Counted from the first letter of the stretch, positions 31,879-46,666 are shown. The stretch: DNA of 64,000 bases from an uncultured Planctomycetaceae bacterium (GCA_963815195.1 CAWFGE010000020.1:256001-320000); one strand, 5' to 3'. Notes: generated by a model from the letters alone, not told the origin. Made by a program: numbers and translations.

Positions 31879-32134
31879 TCGCATCGAAATCGATGAGCCA
31901 AGCGATGAGGAGAGCCTGGCGTTTCTGGAAGCGAAGCGCGATGAGCTCGAACGCGAGCATCAGGTGCGACTGGATGAGGATGTGCCGAGACGCACAGTGG
32001 CCCTGGCCTCGGCGTTTGTGCTCAGCGAACGGCATCCGGCCAAGGATCTGAAAATTCTCCGCCGGGCTTGTGAGAACGTCAGCTTCGGCCGCACCCGGGC
32101 ATCGGCGGACGAGAACCGCGTGCGGGCCGAGACA
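31877..32134 (+). pseudogene. Fragment of a ClpA/ClpB/ClpV-type AAA+ ATPase (lid subdomain)
   Basis: RIEIDEPSDEESLAFL...HQVRLDED...SERHPAKDLKILRRAC parallels the Clp lid 'V.EPS.E....IL...H.V.I.D...DRFLPDKAIDL'. Confidence 0.65.
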
Positions 32135-33698
32135 GTGTCTGGCCGTTTTCTATGGCGCGAACTGGGTAGAGTGTGTAAAGTAGGCAATCCTGTCGTCCGC
32201 GATGTGCGGGGGCGAGTTGATTTCACTTCCAGAGGAGGGATTGCGATGCAGGAACCCCGAGTTGCCAAAGAGGTTTATATCGAGTCAATGCGGTCGGAGC
32301 TTGAGGGCTTGTTGGGCGAAGTGATGGAGGCCGTGAATGCGGCGCCGGGCGGTCGCGTGATTGCCGACAGTGAGGAGCAAGTGCGGCAGTTGATGCACGA
32401 GTTTCGCCGCCGGGCTTACGAGCGGGCCGTGCAGATGCGAGCGGACTCAGCCGAGTCCGCTTTTCCCCCCTCCGGAGAACGAAGCGACGGGAACACCCAT
32501 GCGCAACAAAGGTCGCCAGAAGCACACCGTGATGACGGTCAACGGGCGGGTTAAGCTTCGCCGGATTCGCTGGCAACCAGCCGGCGGCGGCAGCGTGACG
32601 CCGCTGGATGAGTGGTTGGACGAAGCCTGCCAGCAGTTCACGCAAGGCGTCGTCGAATTGGCCTGCCGATTGAACCGTTGCGAAAGCAGTTTTCTGGAAC
32701 TGTCCGTGACCCTGAAGCGTGCGGCGGGGCTTTCGATCGGCAAGGAAACGCTCCGGCAATTGATCGAAGCCGAAGGCCAAACGGTCTTGGAACAAACGCG
32801 TCGCAACGAACTGAGGCCCGACTGGGAGGCGTCGGATTGCCAAACCCCTGAGGGCGAAACTCGCGTGTATTTCGGTTGTGACGGCGTGAAGGTTCCCGTG
32901 ATCACGGAGACGGAAAAGAAGCAGCGGCGGGCTCAGGTCGTCGAGAAACGGAAAGAACGCAAATCCGAGGGCCGCTCTCTCAATCCGTTGGAACGATTGA
33001 AGCCGGGCGCCGACGGCCCGTACAAGGAATTTCGTCTGGTGCAGTTTTATTCGGAAGACCAGGAAAACCGCTGGATCAGCGTCAGCCGGGGCGACCATGA
33101 AGTGGTCGGGCGGGTGATGCGCCGGGACGCCTCGCGGATTCAGTTGGATCAGGCGGACGCTTCGATCGGGATTTATGACGGGGCCGTGTGGATCGATCGC
33201 CAAGCGGAGAAACAAGGCCTGCGGTTGACCGCCCGCGGACTCGACTTCTGGCATCTTCGGGATTACGCGCAAAAGACGCGGCGGTCGCTTTACGGAGACG
33301 ACGAAGCCGGCAAAAGCTGGCTGGACGAATTGATGCACACCTTCAAGCATGAAGGTTACGAAACAGCGTGGGATCAGCTCACGACCCAGCGGGCCCAACT
33401 GGAAAACGAAACGAAAAAGCAAGCCCTGGATGGACTCTTGCACTACATGGCCGAACGCAGCCATCTGATTAAATACCCCGAGTTCCGCGCCAACGGGTGG
33501 CAAATCGGCAGCGGTCCAACCGAAGCCCAATGCCGCACGACCACCAGCCGCATCAAAGGCAAAGGCCGCCGCTGGGATCCCGACAACGCCCTGGCCGTAA
33601 TGGCCTTGGAAGCCCTCCACCAAAGCCACGCCTGGGACTCTCACTGGAACCTCAATTGACCAACCAACTTAACCCCGCCAGAATTTCCGGCCACACAC
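32135..33698 (+). mobile_element. Complete insertion sequence, ISKra4-like
   Basis: Imperfect terminal IRs gtgtctggccg../..cggccacacac and a 9-bp target duplication GCCGAGACA at 32126-32134 and 33699-33707. Confidence 0.92.
32246..33659 (+). CDS. ISKra4-like DDE transposase in two frames joined at TTTTCCCCCCT (32461-32471)
   Basis: ORF-A ends in SAFPP; the +1 frame continues PENEATGTPMRNKG...YFGCDG...YDGAVWI...LDFWH...IGSGPTEA. Confidence 0.85.
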
Positions 33699-33868
33699 GC
33701 CGAGACATTCCCACGCCGGGCCGCTTGTAAATCTCGGCGGGGTTGCTAACTTTGTAGAAATTTGCGCGCCGCCGCGGCTTCCGACTGTGCATTTGTTGCG
33801 ATCACGGTCTGTCTACACTCGGCGGCGGTTCCTGGTTTCGATCAAAGTAAAGCGAAAAGCATCCCGCC

Positions 33869-37226
<3,358 letters not shown>

Positions 37227-37405
37227 CCAATCAAAGGCGAGCGTTGGGCGTTAGCCCAATGATTTCGCCGAATGGCAAGTTACTCGCTCCTTCACGTCAG
37301 CTTTCGTTGCTTTGGGGCGTGGGCATCGGCTAGGATGTTTTTCAGTCCAACCCGGTGTTCTCAATCTCTTCTGGTCTTCAATTCAATCTCAACGTGGTCG
37401 ATCCT

Positions 37406-40400
37406 ATGCGATGTTGCGCTCTGCGATGTGCGGTTTTGGCAATCGGTTTTTTTGTGGCATTCTGCTCTGAGAGCTTTTCCGCGGAAATTCCGGAAAACCC
37501 GCTCGCCGAGGGATTGTCGCCCCAGCAAGCCGCGAAAGCGATGACGGTGCCCGAGGGGTTCCGCGTCAAACTCGCGGCGGGCGAGCCGCAGGTGCATCAG
37601 CCGATCGCTTTTGCGATCGACCGCAAAGGCCGACTGTGGGTGGCCGAGGCTTACACCTATCCGAATCGCGCTGCGGGCGGCGACGGGCGGGATAAGATCA
37701 TCATTCTCGAAGACACCACCGGCGACGGCGTGCTCGACTCGCGGAAAGTCTTTTGCGAAGGGCTCAATCTCGTCAGCGGACTGGAAGTCGGCTTCGGCGG
37801 CGTGTGGGTCGGGGCGGCTCCGTATTTGCTGTTCATCCCCGACCGCGACGGCGACGACCATCCCGATTCACCGCCCGAAAACTGGCAGGCTCCCTCGTCC
37901 GTGCAGTTTCCGAAGGATGTCCCGCCGGGGGCTGACGTGCTGTTGGACGGCTTCGGCTGGCACGACACGCATGAGACTTTGAACTCTTTCATCTGGGGGC
38001 CGGACGGTTGGCTGTATGGCTGTCATGGCGTGTTTACGCACTCCAAAGTCGGAAAGCCCGGCACGCCCGATGAAAAGCGCGAACCCCTCAATGCCGGGGT
38101 CTGGCGGTATCATCCGGTCCGGCATGAGTTTGAAGTTTTCGCCTGGGGGACCAGCAATCCCTGGGGCGTCGATTTCAACGACCGCGGCCAGGCGTTTGTC
38201 ACAGCCTGCGTGATTCCGCATCTGTATCACATCATTCCCGGCGCGAGATACCAGCGGCAGGCCGGGCAGCATTTTAATCCTTATGTCTATGATGACATCA
38301 AAACCATCGCGGACCATCGGCATTACGTGGGGAACATCCGCGACCACGCCTGGTGGGGCCACGAACCGCAGGCCGCGACCGATACGCTTAAAGCCGGCGG
38401 CGGCCATGCTCACGCGGGCTGTATGATTTACCTGGGCGATAATTGGCCCGCCGGAATATCGCAACAAAATCTATATGAACAACATCCACGGCAACCGCGT
38501 GAACTGCGATGTGCCCGAACAAAAAGGCTCCGGCTACGTCGGCCATCACGGGAAGGATTTACTCGTCGCCAACGACCGCTGGTTCCGGGGCATCAACCTG
38601 AAGACCGCACCGGATGGTTCGGTGTATCTCATCGACTGGTACGACAAAAACGCCTGCCACCGCACCAACCCCGAAATCTGGGACCGCACCAACGGGCGGA
38701 TTTATAACATTGCCTATGTGAAAGACGGGGAACCGAAATCGGCGAAAGTCAATTTGGATCAGCTTTCGAGTCGGGAGTTGATGGAACTCCACAAGCATCC
38801 GAACGAATGGCAGGTCCGGATGGCCCGTAAGATTTTGCAGGAACGGGCGGCCAAAGGGGCATTCGAACGGCAACACCAAGGACTCGCAGCGGAAGTCACG
38901 AACTTAGGACCCGTTAACGATGTTCCCCGCCGACTTCGGGCGCTGTGGACGCTGCATGCGATGGGCGGGCTAACTGCCGTTGATCGAGTGCGGCTTCTTG
39001 CTTCATCCGCAGAAGAACTCCGCGGTTGGGCGGTCCGTTTGGAAGCCGAAGACCGGAGGCTCGGTTCAAATGAGCGTGAACGTTTCAATTGGATACTGCG
39101 TCTTCACGGGTTGGCAAGCGGTGACTCGCCGGTCGTGCGGTTGGAAGTCGCGGCGGCGCTGCAGCGGTTGCCGCTGGCTGACCGTTGGGACGTGGCGGAA
39201 GCCTTGCTGTCGCATGCGGAGGATGCCCAGGATCACAATTTGCCGCTGATGATCTGGTACGCGGTCGAACCCTTGGTCGAAGCGGATCCCGCCAAAGCGA
39301 TGGATTTGGCGAAGTCGTCCAAAATTCCGCTGGTGGCGCGGTACATCATCCGCCGGGCCGCTGCGGACAACAAACTCCTGCCGCAGGCGGTCGCTTTGCT
39401 CAATGAATCGAAAGACGCAGACACGCAGTTGCTCGTATTGGAAGAAATGCTGGCCGCGTTCGAGGGCCGGGTGAACGTGCCCATGCCGGCGTCCTGGAAA
39501 CCCGCGTATGAGACTTTGAGCCAAAGCAAGAACGCCGCGATCCAAGACAAGGCGGATCAGGTCGCCGTGGCATTGGGCGATCGGCGGATTTTTCCCCGCC
39601 TGCGGGAGCAACTCACCGACAAATCGGCCAACCTGAAAACTCGCCAGCGGGCGCTGGAGATTCTCGTTCAAGGCCGGGACAAAAACGCGGTGTCGGCGTT
39701 TCAAGCGGTGCTCGATCAAAAGCCACTCCGCGGCCCGGCGATTCGGGCATTGGCCGGCTTTGACGATCCCCAAACCCCCGCCGCGATCTTAAAGCAATAC
39801 AAAAACTTCGATGCAGACGCCAAGGGTGATGCGGTTTCGACGCTCACCTCCCGGCCGCAGTATGCGATGGCGTTGTTCTCGGCGATGGAAGCCGGCACCG
39901 TGCCCCGCACCGATTTGCACGCCTATCACATCCGGCAGCTTTTGCGATTCGAGAACAAAAACCTCGACAAAAAAATTCGCGCGGTGTGGGGCGAGTTTCG
40001 CGAAACCTCCGCGGACAAGAAACAGCAAATCGAAAACCTGAAATCCCAACTCACCGCCGCCGCGCTAGAACGCGCCGACGCCAGCCACGGGAGGCTCTTG
40101 TTCACGAAGACCTGCGCAAACTGCCATACGCTGTTCGGCGAAGGCGGCAAGGTGGGGCCGGACATCACGGGCTCGAACCGGGCGAATTTGGATTACATCC
40201 TGGGCAACGTCGTCGATCCCAGCGCGGTATTGGGGAAAGATTACCGCATGACCGTCTTGGCTCTCGCCGACGGGCGGGTGATTTCCGGACTGATCCAGAA
40301 AGAAACCGATTCCGCCGTCACCGTCCGCACGTTGAACGACACCGTCGTCGTGCCGCTCGCCGACATCGAAGCCCGCAAACTCTCCGAACTCTCGATGATG

Positions 40401-40967
40401 CCGGAGAAATTGCTCGATCAGTTCAGCCAAACGGATGTCCGGGATTTAATTGCCTATCTGCAAAGCCCGCAGCAGGTCGCGCTCAAGGGGCCGAGCGCTC
40501 CGATCGACCCCAAAACCGGCCGCGTTCCCGGCGCGTTGGAAGCGGAATCGCTCAAGATCGTGGGCAAGACCGGCGGCCAGGCGAAGAGCCAGAACATGTC
40601 GCCTTTCTCCAAAGATCGTTGGAGCGGGAACGACCATCTGTGGTGGACCGGAGCGAACCCCGGCGACCGTTTGGAACTGGAAATCCCCGTCAAAACCGCC
40701 GGGACTTACACTGTCGAAATCGTGCTGACCCGCGCCCGCGATTATGGCATCGTGCAGTTGGCTTTGGACAAACAAAACCTCGGCGGCCCGCTGGACTGTT
40801 TTAGTTCTCCCGATGTCATCACCACGGGCGTGTTGACGTTCGACAATCTCGAACTCGCCGCGGGCAACCACCGCCTGAAACTCGAAATCCTCGGTGCCAA
40901 TCCGAAAGCCGTGAAAAGCTACATGGCCGGCATCGATTACATCCGCCTCGTTTCCAAACAGCAATAA
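37406..40967 (+). CDS. PVC-type membrane-bound dehydrogenase-like / CxxCH heme-binding protein; frameshift near 38453
   Basis: Signal peptide, propeller motifs (GRLWVAE, WGPDGWLY, NPWG), HEAT-like repeats, CANCH, SMMPE and a C-terminal beta-sandwich. Confidence 0.9.
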
Positions 40968-41004
40968 ACGAAAGCCACCCGCAAGATGGCGGCGTGCGGC
41001 GATT

Positions 41005-42357
41005 CTACGCCTCATTCACTCCCGGTTGCGGCCAGTTGTTTGCGCGGATGCGGGTTTCGATTTGTTTGAGGACTTCGTAATCGCTTTTGTAGGGCGATTC
41101 GAAGGCCGGGCGGAGGGGGATGGCGACGTCGTCCATGCGATACACGGTGCCGGGCACGTTGATGCCGTAGGTCGCGGTCGTGAAAGCGACGGCGGCGACT
41201 TTGGCGGTCTCGCTGAGCTTGGGGTCAAGCACCACGGAGGGGATTTTCGCGAGATGCTCGCGGGCCGGCTGGCTGAAGTTGGACATGGGATCGGAGGCGA
41301 CGATCAGCGCGGCATCCGCTTCGCCGCGGGCCAACAAATCCGACGTGGTGAACTCGCCGGGATTGAATCGCGGATAACCTCGCCCCAGGTTCACGCCGAA
41401 TGGGTAGCCCGTGGACCAGGAGACCACGTTGTCGGCTCCGGTGACGTTGCCGTGGCCCCGCATCGGCTTGGCGACAAAGCGGGTGTAGCGGTTCATATCG
41501 CGGGCCAACGCGAGCACGGCTTCGCTGTTGATGTGCTTGCCGCGGGTCATCGTCAAGCCCATGCCAAACAGGATCGCCCCGAACTTGGCCTTTTTCATGC
41601 GGACCACAACGTCTTCGAGCGTTTCCAGCGGAATGCCGGTTTTTTGCTCGATGGAGGGATCGATCTCGACGCCCTTCGCCAGCCCCCGCATTGCCCAGGC
41701 GAGTTCAAAATCGGAGCGGGGTTTGATTTGCAAGAAGATGTCGGCCGCTTTGGCGCTTTTGGTTTTGCGAACGTCGATCAACACGGCGGTGCGGTCTTTG
41801 CGGCCGTTCGGGAGGAACTCGCCTTTGGGCATCAGGCTGTATTTGGTGAAGTGGCGGGGATGGCTTTCCGCCGGGTTCCCGCCCCAGAAGATCAGAAAGT
41901 CGGCCCGGTTCTTGATCTCGCCCAAAGAGCACGTCACCTCGCCCACGCCCTGAAACGCCATGCCTGAAGGCCCGTGGCACACGGACGTCGTGGTATCCAC
42001 GTTGCCGCCGATCCAATCCGAAATCGCCACCGCGACCCGCTGGGCTTCGCAGGTGGTGTCCGAGAGGCCGTATGTCACCGGGTATTTCGCATTGAGTAGA
42101 ATCTCGGCGGCTTTGTCGAAGGCGTCTTCGTAACTCGCCGGCTCTCCGTAGATCGTGGCTTCGGGGCGGTCTTCGATGTGATGATTGAAAAACCATGCCT
42201 TCCCTAACACGCAGGCGTTCTTGGCTTTGGTGATGCGATTTCCCTCCACGGTGAGTTCCATGTCATCGCACACGCAGCCGCAGAATGTGCAGGTCGCGTC
42301 CTGGATAATTTTCAGATCGGGGATCGTCTCGGCAACGGGTTGCTCGGCAATACTCAT
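41005..42357 (-). CDS. fwdB: Formylmethanofuran dehydrogenase subunit B
   Basis: CTFCGCVCDD, SVCHGP, GEIKNRAD, HPRH, MRGHGNV and GTVYRMD. Confidence 0.92.
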   Translation of the reverse strand: MSIAEQPVAETIPDLKIIQDATCTFCGCVCDDMELTVEGNRITKAKNACVLGKAWFFNHHIEDRPEATIYGEPASYEDAFDKAAEILLNAKYPVTYGLSDTTCEAQRVAVAISDWIGGNVDTTTSVCHGPSGMAFQGVGEVTCSLGEIKNRADFLIFWGGNPAESHPRHFTKYSLMPKGEFLPNGRKDRTAVLIDVRKTKSAKAADIFLQIKPRSDFELAWAMRGLAKGVEIDPSIEQKTGIPLETLEDVVVRMKKAKFGAILFGMGLTMTRGKHINSEAVLALARDMNRYTRFVAKPMRGHGNVTGADNVVSWSTGYPFGVNLGRGYPRFNPGEFTTSDLLARGEADAALIVASDPMSNFSQPAREHLAKIPSVVLDPKLSETAKVAAVAFTTATYGINVPGTVYRMDDVAIPLRPAFESPYKSDYEVLKQIETRIRANNWPQPGVNEA

Positions 42358-42414
42358 GGTGTTCCTGAAGGAGCAAAGGCCACAGAGGCCGCATAGGTGC
42401 AAAGGGATTAACAA

Positions 42415-42998
42415 TTAAATGACGCCGGCTAATGGAATCTCCAATCCCGGCAGCAAAGGGGCGTTGTAGGAATCTTCCGGTCCCAAAAAGGTCTCGGCAT
42501 CGTTTCCATTTTCGAGCCCTAATACTAACACACGATGCTCGAAGCGGTCCACGATGACGTATCCCCGCACGCCGATCCGCTCGTACTCAGTCCGCTTTTC
42601 TTCGTAATCCCGTCGGCGGTTGGCTGGACCGGGACTGACCGTCTCGAAAACCAAATCCGGGACGCGTTCGGGAATCGGCGACGGAGTCTGATCGGATTTC
42701 AAATAGACGGCCATATCCGGGAAGCGCTCCGCGTCCCCGTCGATCATCACCCAAGATTCTTGGTAGACGTGGTCCAAATTGTCAGGGTGCGAAAGCCGGT
42801 AAGCGCCCAGATAATCGCGAAAGGGTTCCGTTGTCGAGTGATGGCCTTCTCCCGCGGGTGTCATCAGCACGAACCTCCCGCCTGCGCCTCGAACTTCCAC
42901 GGCTCCTGGAAATCGGCATCGGCGAATTCCTCATGGGTGATCTCCATCCCGTCATCGTCTGGGGTGAGGGTGAGTTTGGAAGGGTGGGATTGGCTCAT
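42415..42998 (-). CDS. Uma2 family (PD-(D/E)xK) endonuclease; frameshift near 42888
   Basis: RFPDMAV, VPDLVFETVSPG and RDYEEKRTEYERIGV. The ATG overlaps the fwdD stop codon. Confidence 0.85.
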
Positions 42999-43336
42999 TG
43001 TTGTCTCTCCACGAAAACGTCGAGGCCTTTGCTGTCGGGCATGCCGCTGCCGTGGGTTTCCCCGCCCATCAATCGGCTGGAGATGTCGCCGTAGCTGATA
43101 AACAAGAGGCCCGGCGGGCATTCGCCTTTGTCGGCCTGGCAGGGCACGACGACCTCGGCGAACCGGTTCCACATGCGGACGCGGTCGCCTTCCCCGATGC
43201 CCAGTCGCTCCATGTCCTCGGCATTCATCCGCAGGGTGTTGATTTCTTCTTTGTAGGCATCGGTGTATTTGCCTTCGTTCAGCGAAGTCCCCTGCCGGCT
43301 CGTGCGGCCGGGGATGAGAATAAATGGTTCGGGCAT
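42995..43336 (-). CDS. fwdD: Formylmethanofuran dehydrogenase subunit D (molybdopterin dinucleotide-binding)
   Basis: GRTSRQG, MNAEDMERLGI.EGD.V and THGSGMPDSKG. Confidence 0.88.
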   Translation of the reverse strand: MPEPFILIPGRTSRQGTSLNEGKYTDAYKEEINTLRMNAEDMERLGIGEGDRVRMWNRFAEVVVPCQADKGECPPGLLFISYGDISSRLMGGETHGSGMPDSKGLDVFVERQQ

Positions 43337-43431
43337 GCGGTTTTTTATCCGATTGGCAAAAAAACAATTGATCTCTTTTAATTGTCGCGGCAGATGCGGG
43401 GCCGGTCAATTGGCGTTCAAAATCGAGCGTT

Positions 43432-44512
43432 CTAAGTCCCGGCCGCGTCGCGGCAGGTTTGATCGAGCAGCAGTTGCATTTCCCGCCATTGGATTTGCCG
43501 GGCGATTTGGGTGAGGCCGGGATTCCCGCTGCGGCCACATTCCTGGCAGAAATCCACAAAGGCGAAAGGATCCCAATGGAAACCGAGAGATAATTTCTGC
43601 CGGGCTCTTTCCGCGATCGTTGTGTCGGCTTGGGAAAGAATGGCGTCCGCGGCGTTTCTCAACAGTTCAAAAATCGGATGCGCACCGACCCGGCGGAACC
43701 AGTATTTCGAGTTGGAATAATCCGGCTCCCGCCGGTGCATGATCGCGTGCCAATAATCCCCAGCCCGGTTTCGCCCCCTTCCTTCCACGCTCTGCGACAA
43801 CTCGTGGCTCGCATCCAGGTAATCGTGGATTTGAAAGAGCCCCGCTTTGAGGGCGACGGCATCGGCGGGCGAACTTACCGTCAGCACGTCCTCGGCCGAA
43901 AATTTTTCGAGATGCGACTTCAACCAGTCCCACGACCGCCCCGGCGGGTTCGGGGCCAATGCGGGAAGATTCGAGTCGGCCGATTCCGCCCACGCGAGGT
44001 TGTCTTCCGTCCATAAACCAATGGCTCGAATCCGGCCGGAACTTTTCGAAAGCGCGAATGATCCAATCCCAAACCGGATCGGAGACATCGGCGAAGCCGA
44101 GGTCTTTCGCCGCCGAGGCCCGGCAAATGATCGTCCAGACTCGCCGTGCCAGATTTTCTCGCAAGGCCGCCAAGCGCAGAGGCCCGTGTCGCCAGGCTGA
44201 GAACGTGTCATTAGAAATCGGAGGAAAAAGGAGCATAAAATCGGTGTCCGGGTCCGATTTCAACAGGTCGACCGACTGTTCAAATTCCGCATTGGAAACC
44301 GGTCGCGTTTTATCGGCGATCGCGAGAAAGTCTGACGCGGTGCCGTCCAGGCATCGGTTCCATTCCGCCGCCGAGACCTCGGGCAATGGCAATTTCAAGG
44401 GAAAGTGACGGACCGAACGGTGTGTGGGAGAATTCCCGGATGCTTCGAGGGCACTGCAAATGATAAAATCGAGAGAATCGATCACGATGAGATCTTCCAC
44501 ATATGGGAACAA
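43432..44512 (-). CDS. Conserved hypothetical protein; probable frameshift near 44020; start uncertain
   Basis: C-terminal 'DASHELSQ...YWHAIMHRREPDYSNSKYWFRRVG' block. The N-terminal part is in another frame. Confidence 0.6.
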
Positions 44513-44841
44513 AGGTGCAGAATTGAGGATGGGTCCGCCGTTTGCTTGGCTGGGCGAGGCGGCGATGCTGGTTTTCTGTACGCCAGGCCGCCAAAGCGAT
44601 TCTGGGGAATGTTTTTCCGGAGAGCCCTTGGCGAACCGTGGAAATCACCATATTCTATTAGGTTGCAAAACTCCAGGTTTGCTGGACGTTGCAGTCTGTG
44701 AAATGGGATTTCTGGTCTGCGAATTTGAAGGATTGACGCCTTCCGCAGCCGCATCGTGAGGGAAAGAGCGGAGCGAGCGTTCGATACCATTCTCGGCCCG
44801 GCGTATCGAATCTCCCGGCGCATCTTTCGGTGGAATGCGGT

Positions 44842-46167
44842 ATGAATGAAGTGTTGCCCCATTACGACGTCAACTCCACGACGTGGTTTTACCTGTCGCT
44901 GTTGTTGATCGTCGCCATCTATTTCCGCTTCACGAGGTTCTGGTCGCTCAGAAACCTCGATTTGGCGCTGCTGTTGGCGTTTTCGCCGGCGCTCCTGTTT
45001 TTGGAATCCGATCCCACGGTGGGGAACACCTGGTTGTTCGCGGCGTCGGGGGTGCTCTTGCTGCGGCTGTTTTGCGACGGGTTGTTTGTCCGCCGGCCGC
45101 GGATGGAGCAAAACCTCAATTCGCCCGGCCTCGCGTTTTTGGGGATCTGTGCGATCATCTTTCTCGCGATGCGCGTCGCCACCGAACCCCTTCCCGTTTC
45201 CACGTTGAACACCGTCAAGCGGAGCGAGAATCTGCGAAACCGGGTGGACGCCTCGGACGAGAAAGCCGAAGCCGGCCCGACGACGGTGTTGATCGGGGCC
45301 CCGGTGGGAGCGATTTCGGAAGCGGTCGTCGTCGACGAAGGCGTCTTGCACGCGGCGATCGTCACGGCCCGCGTGATGGCCGTGCTCTCGCACCTGGCGA
45401 TCGTATTGGCCCTGTTCGTGTTGGGCTACAAACTCTTCGGCGATCCCCACGCGGGGCTGGCGATGGGCTTACTGCATTTGCTGCTCCCTTGCACGTTCTA
45501 TCAAGCGAGCGAAGTCATCCACGTCTTGCCCTCGGCGCTTATCTTGTGGGCCATTGTCGCCTGGCGGCGGCCGATGATCTCCGGGGGACTGCTGGGGCTG
45601 GCGTGCGGGACACTGTTCTTCCCCGTGTTTTTGCTTCCACTCTGGGCGGCGTTTTACGGCAAGCGGAATGCACTGAAATTTGTGGGGGCGCTCGCGTTGG
45701 TCGGCTGCGTCTTATTGGGAAGCTTGGTTTTGACCTCGGCCGACACCGGGTCGTTCACCCGCCAAGTGCTGGGCACGATCGATTGGAGCGTGCTCTCGTT
45801 CCGCTCCCACGAAGCTGGCGGATTTTGGAGCGACGAAAACGCAGCCGTGCGGCTGCCCGTGTGCGCGGCGTTCTTCGTCGCCTTGATCTTCATGTCGATC
45901 TGGCCCCGCAAGAAATCCCTGGAATACCTGATCTCCGCGTCCACGGCGATCATCGTGGCCACGCAGTTCTGGTATCCCCAGCAAGGCGGCGTGTATTTGC
46001 TGTGGTACTTGCCGTTGATGCTGGTCGTCGTGTTTCGACCCCGTCTGCCGATGTCCGCCCCGAACGAGCCGAGAAAACCCGAGACGCCCGCCGCCAACTC
46101 GCCGGCGAAAAGCTCTCCGCCCACACTCGTCGGCTCAGCCTCAACCAGCCGGGCCCTGTTCCGCTAA
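44842..46167 (+). CDS. Polytopic membrane protein, possibly GT-C fold glycosyltransferase-like
   Basis: Ten or more hydrophobic segments with loops. The family call is tentative. Confidence 0.6.
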   Translation: MNEVLPHYDVNSTTWFYLSLLLIVAIYFRFTRFWSLRNLDLALLLAFSPALLFLESDPTVGNTWLFAASGVLLLRLFCDGLFVRRPRMEQNLNSPGLAFLGICAIIFLAMRVATEPLPVSTLNTVKRSENLRNRVDASDEKAEAGPTTVLIGAPVGAISEAVVVDEGVLHAAIVTARVMAVLSHLAIVLALFVLGYKLFGDPHAGLAMGLLHLLLPCTFYQASEVIHVLPSALILWAIVAWRRPMISGGLLGLACGTLFFPVFLLPLWAAFYGKRNALKFVGALALVGCVLLGSLVLTSADTGSFTRQVLGTIDWSVLSFRSHEAGGFWSDENAAVRLPVCAAFFVALIFMSIWPRKKSLEYLISASTAIIVATQFWYPQQGGVYLLWYLPLMLVVVFRPRLPMSAPNEPRKPETPAANSPAKSSPPTLVGSASTSRALFR

Positions 46168-46177
46168 AGAACGCCGG

Positions 46178-46666
46178 TTAACGCGAGACCACGCTGACGT
46201 CGCCGCTGCGCTCAAGGTAGGCGGCTTTGACATCGTCCAGGTTCATTGTTCCGCCGTTCAAGCGAAGGCATTCCATCAGGTCGCGCTCGGTCAGGTTGGA
46301 TTTCTTGAGGTCCTCTTCAAGAATCTTGCCATCTTCCACGAGCCGGACTTCCGTGCCTTTGATGAGATCGGCGATCGCCTGGCTGTGCTGGGCCAGCTTT
46401 CCCAGGACGCGGTGCAACACCACCAGCACCGCGGTGACGGCGAGCGTGGGAAAGAAGCTCGCGTTGGCCGTCAGCGCCCGGCTGAGGGTCGAGCCCAGAA
46501 TCACGCCGAGAACAATGTCGAAGCTGGTCGTCTTCCCGAAAATCCGCCGGCCCCCAAACCGGACCAGCACGAGCGTATAAACGAAGATCAAGATGCCCCG
46601 GCAGACCATCTGCCACCAGAGTATGCTTTCCGCACTCGTGCCGATGAGTTGGTGAAACGTGTTCAA
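46178..46666 (-). CDS. DUF421 (YetF-like) membrane protein
   Basis: Three TM segments, 'TSFD..LG.ILGS', LVEDGKI and AYLERSGDVSV. TTG start follows GGAGG. Confidence 0.88.
   Translation of the reverse strand: MNTFHQLIGTSAESILWWQMVCRGILIFVYTLVLVRFGGRRIFGKTTSFDIVLGVILGSTLSRALTANASFFPTLAVTAVLVVLHRVLGKLAQHSQAIADLIKGTEVRLVEDGKILEEDLKKSNLTERDLMECLRLNGGTMNLDDVKAAYLERSGDVSVVSR

Noticed and set aside
31724..32554. 276-aa ORF as a single gene
   Set aside because: It is a chimera of the REP doublet, the Clp fragment, the IS left end and transposase ORF-A.
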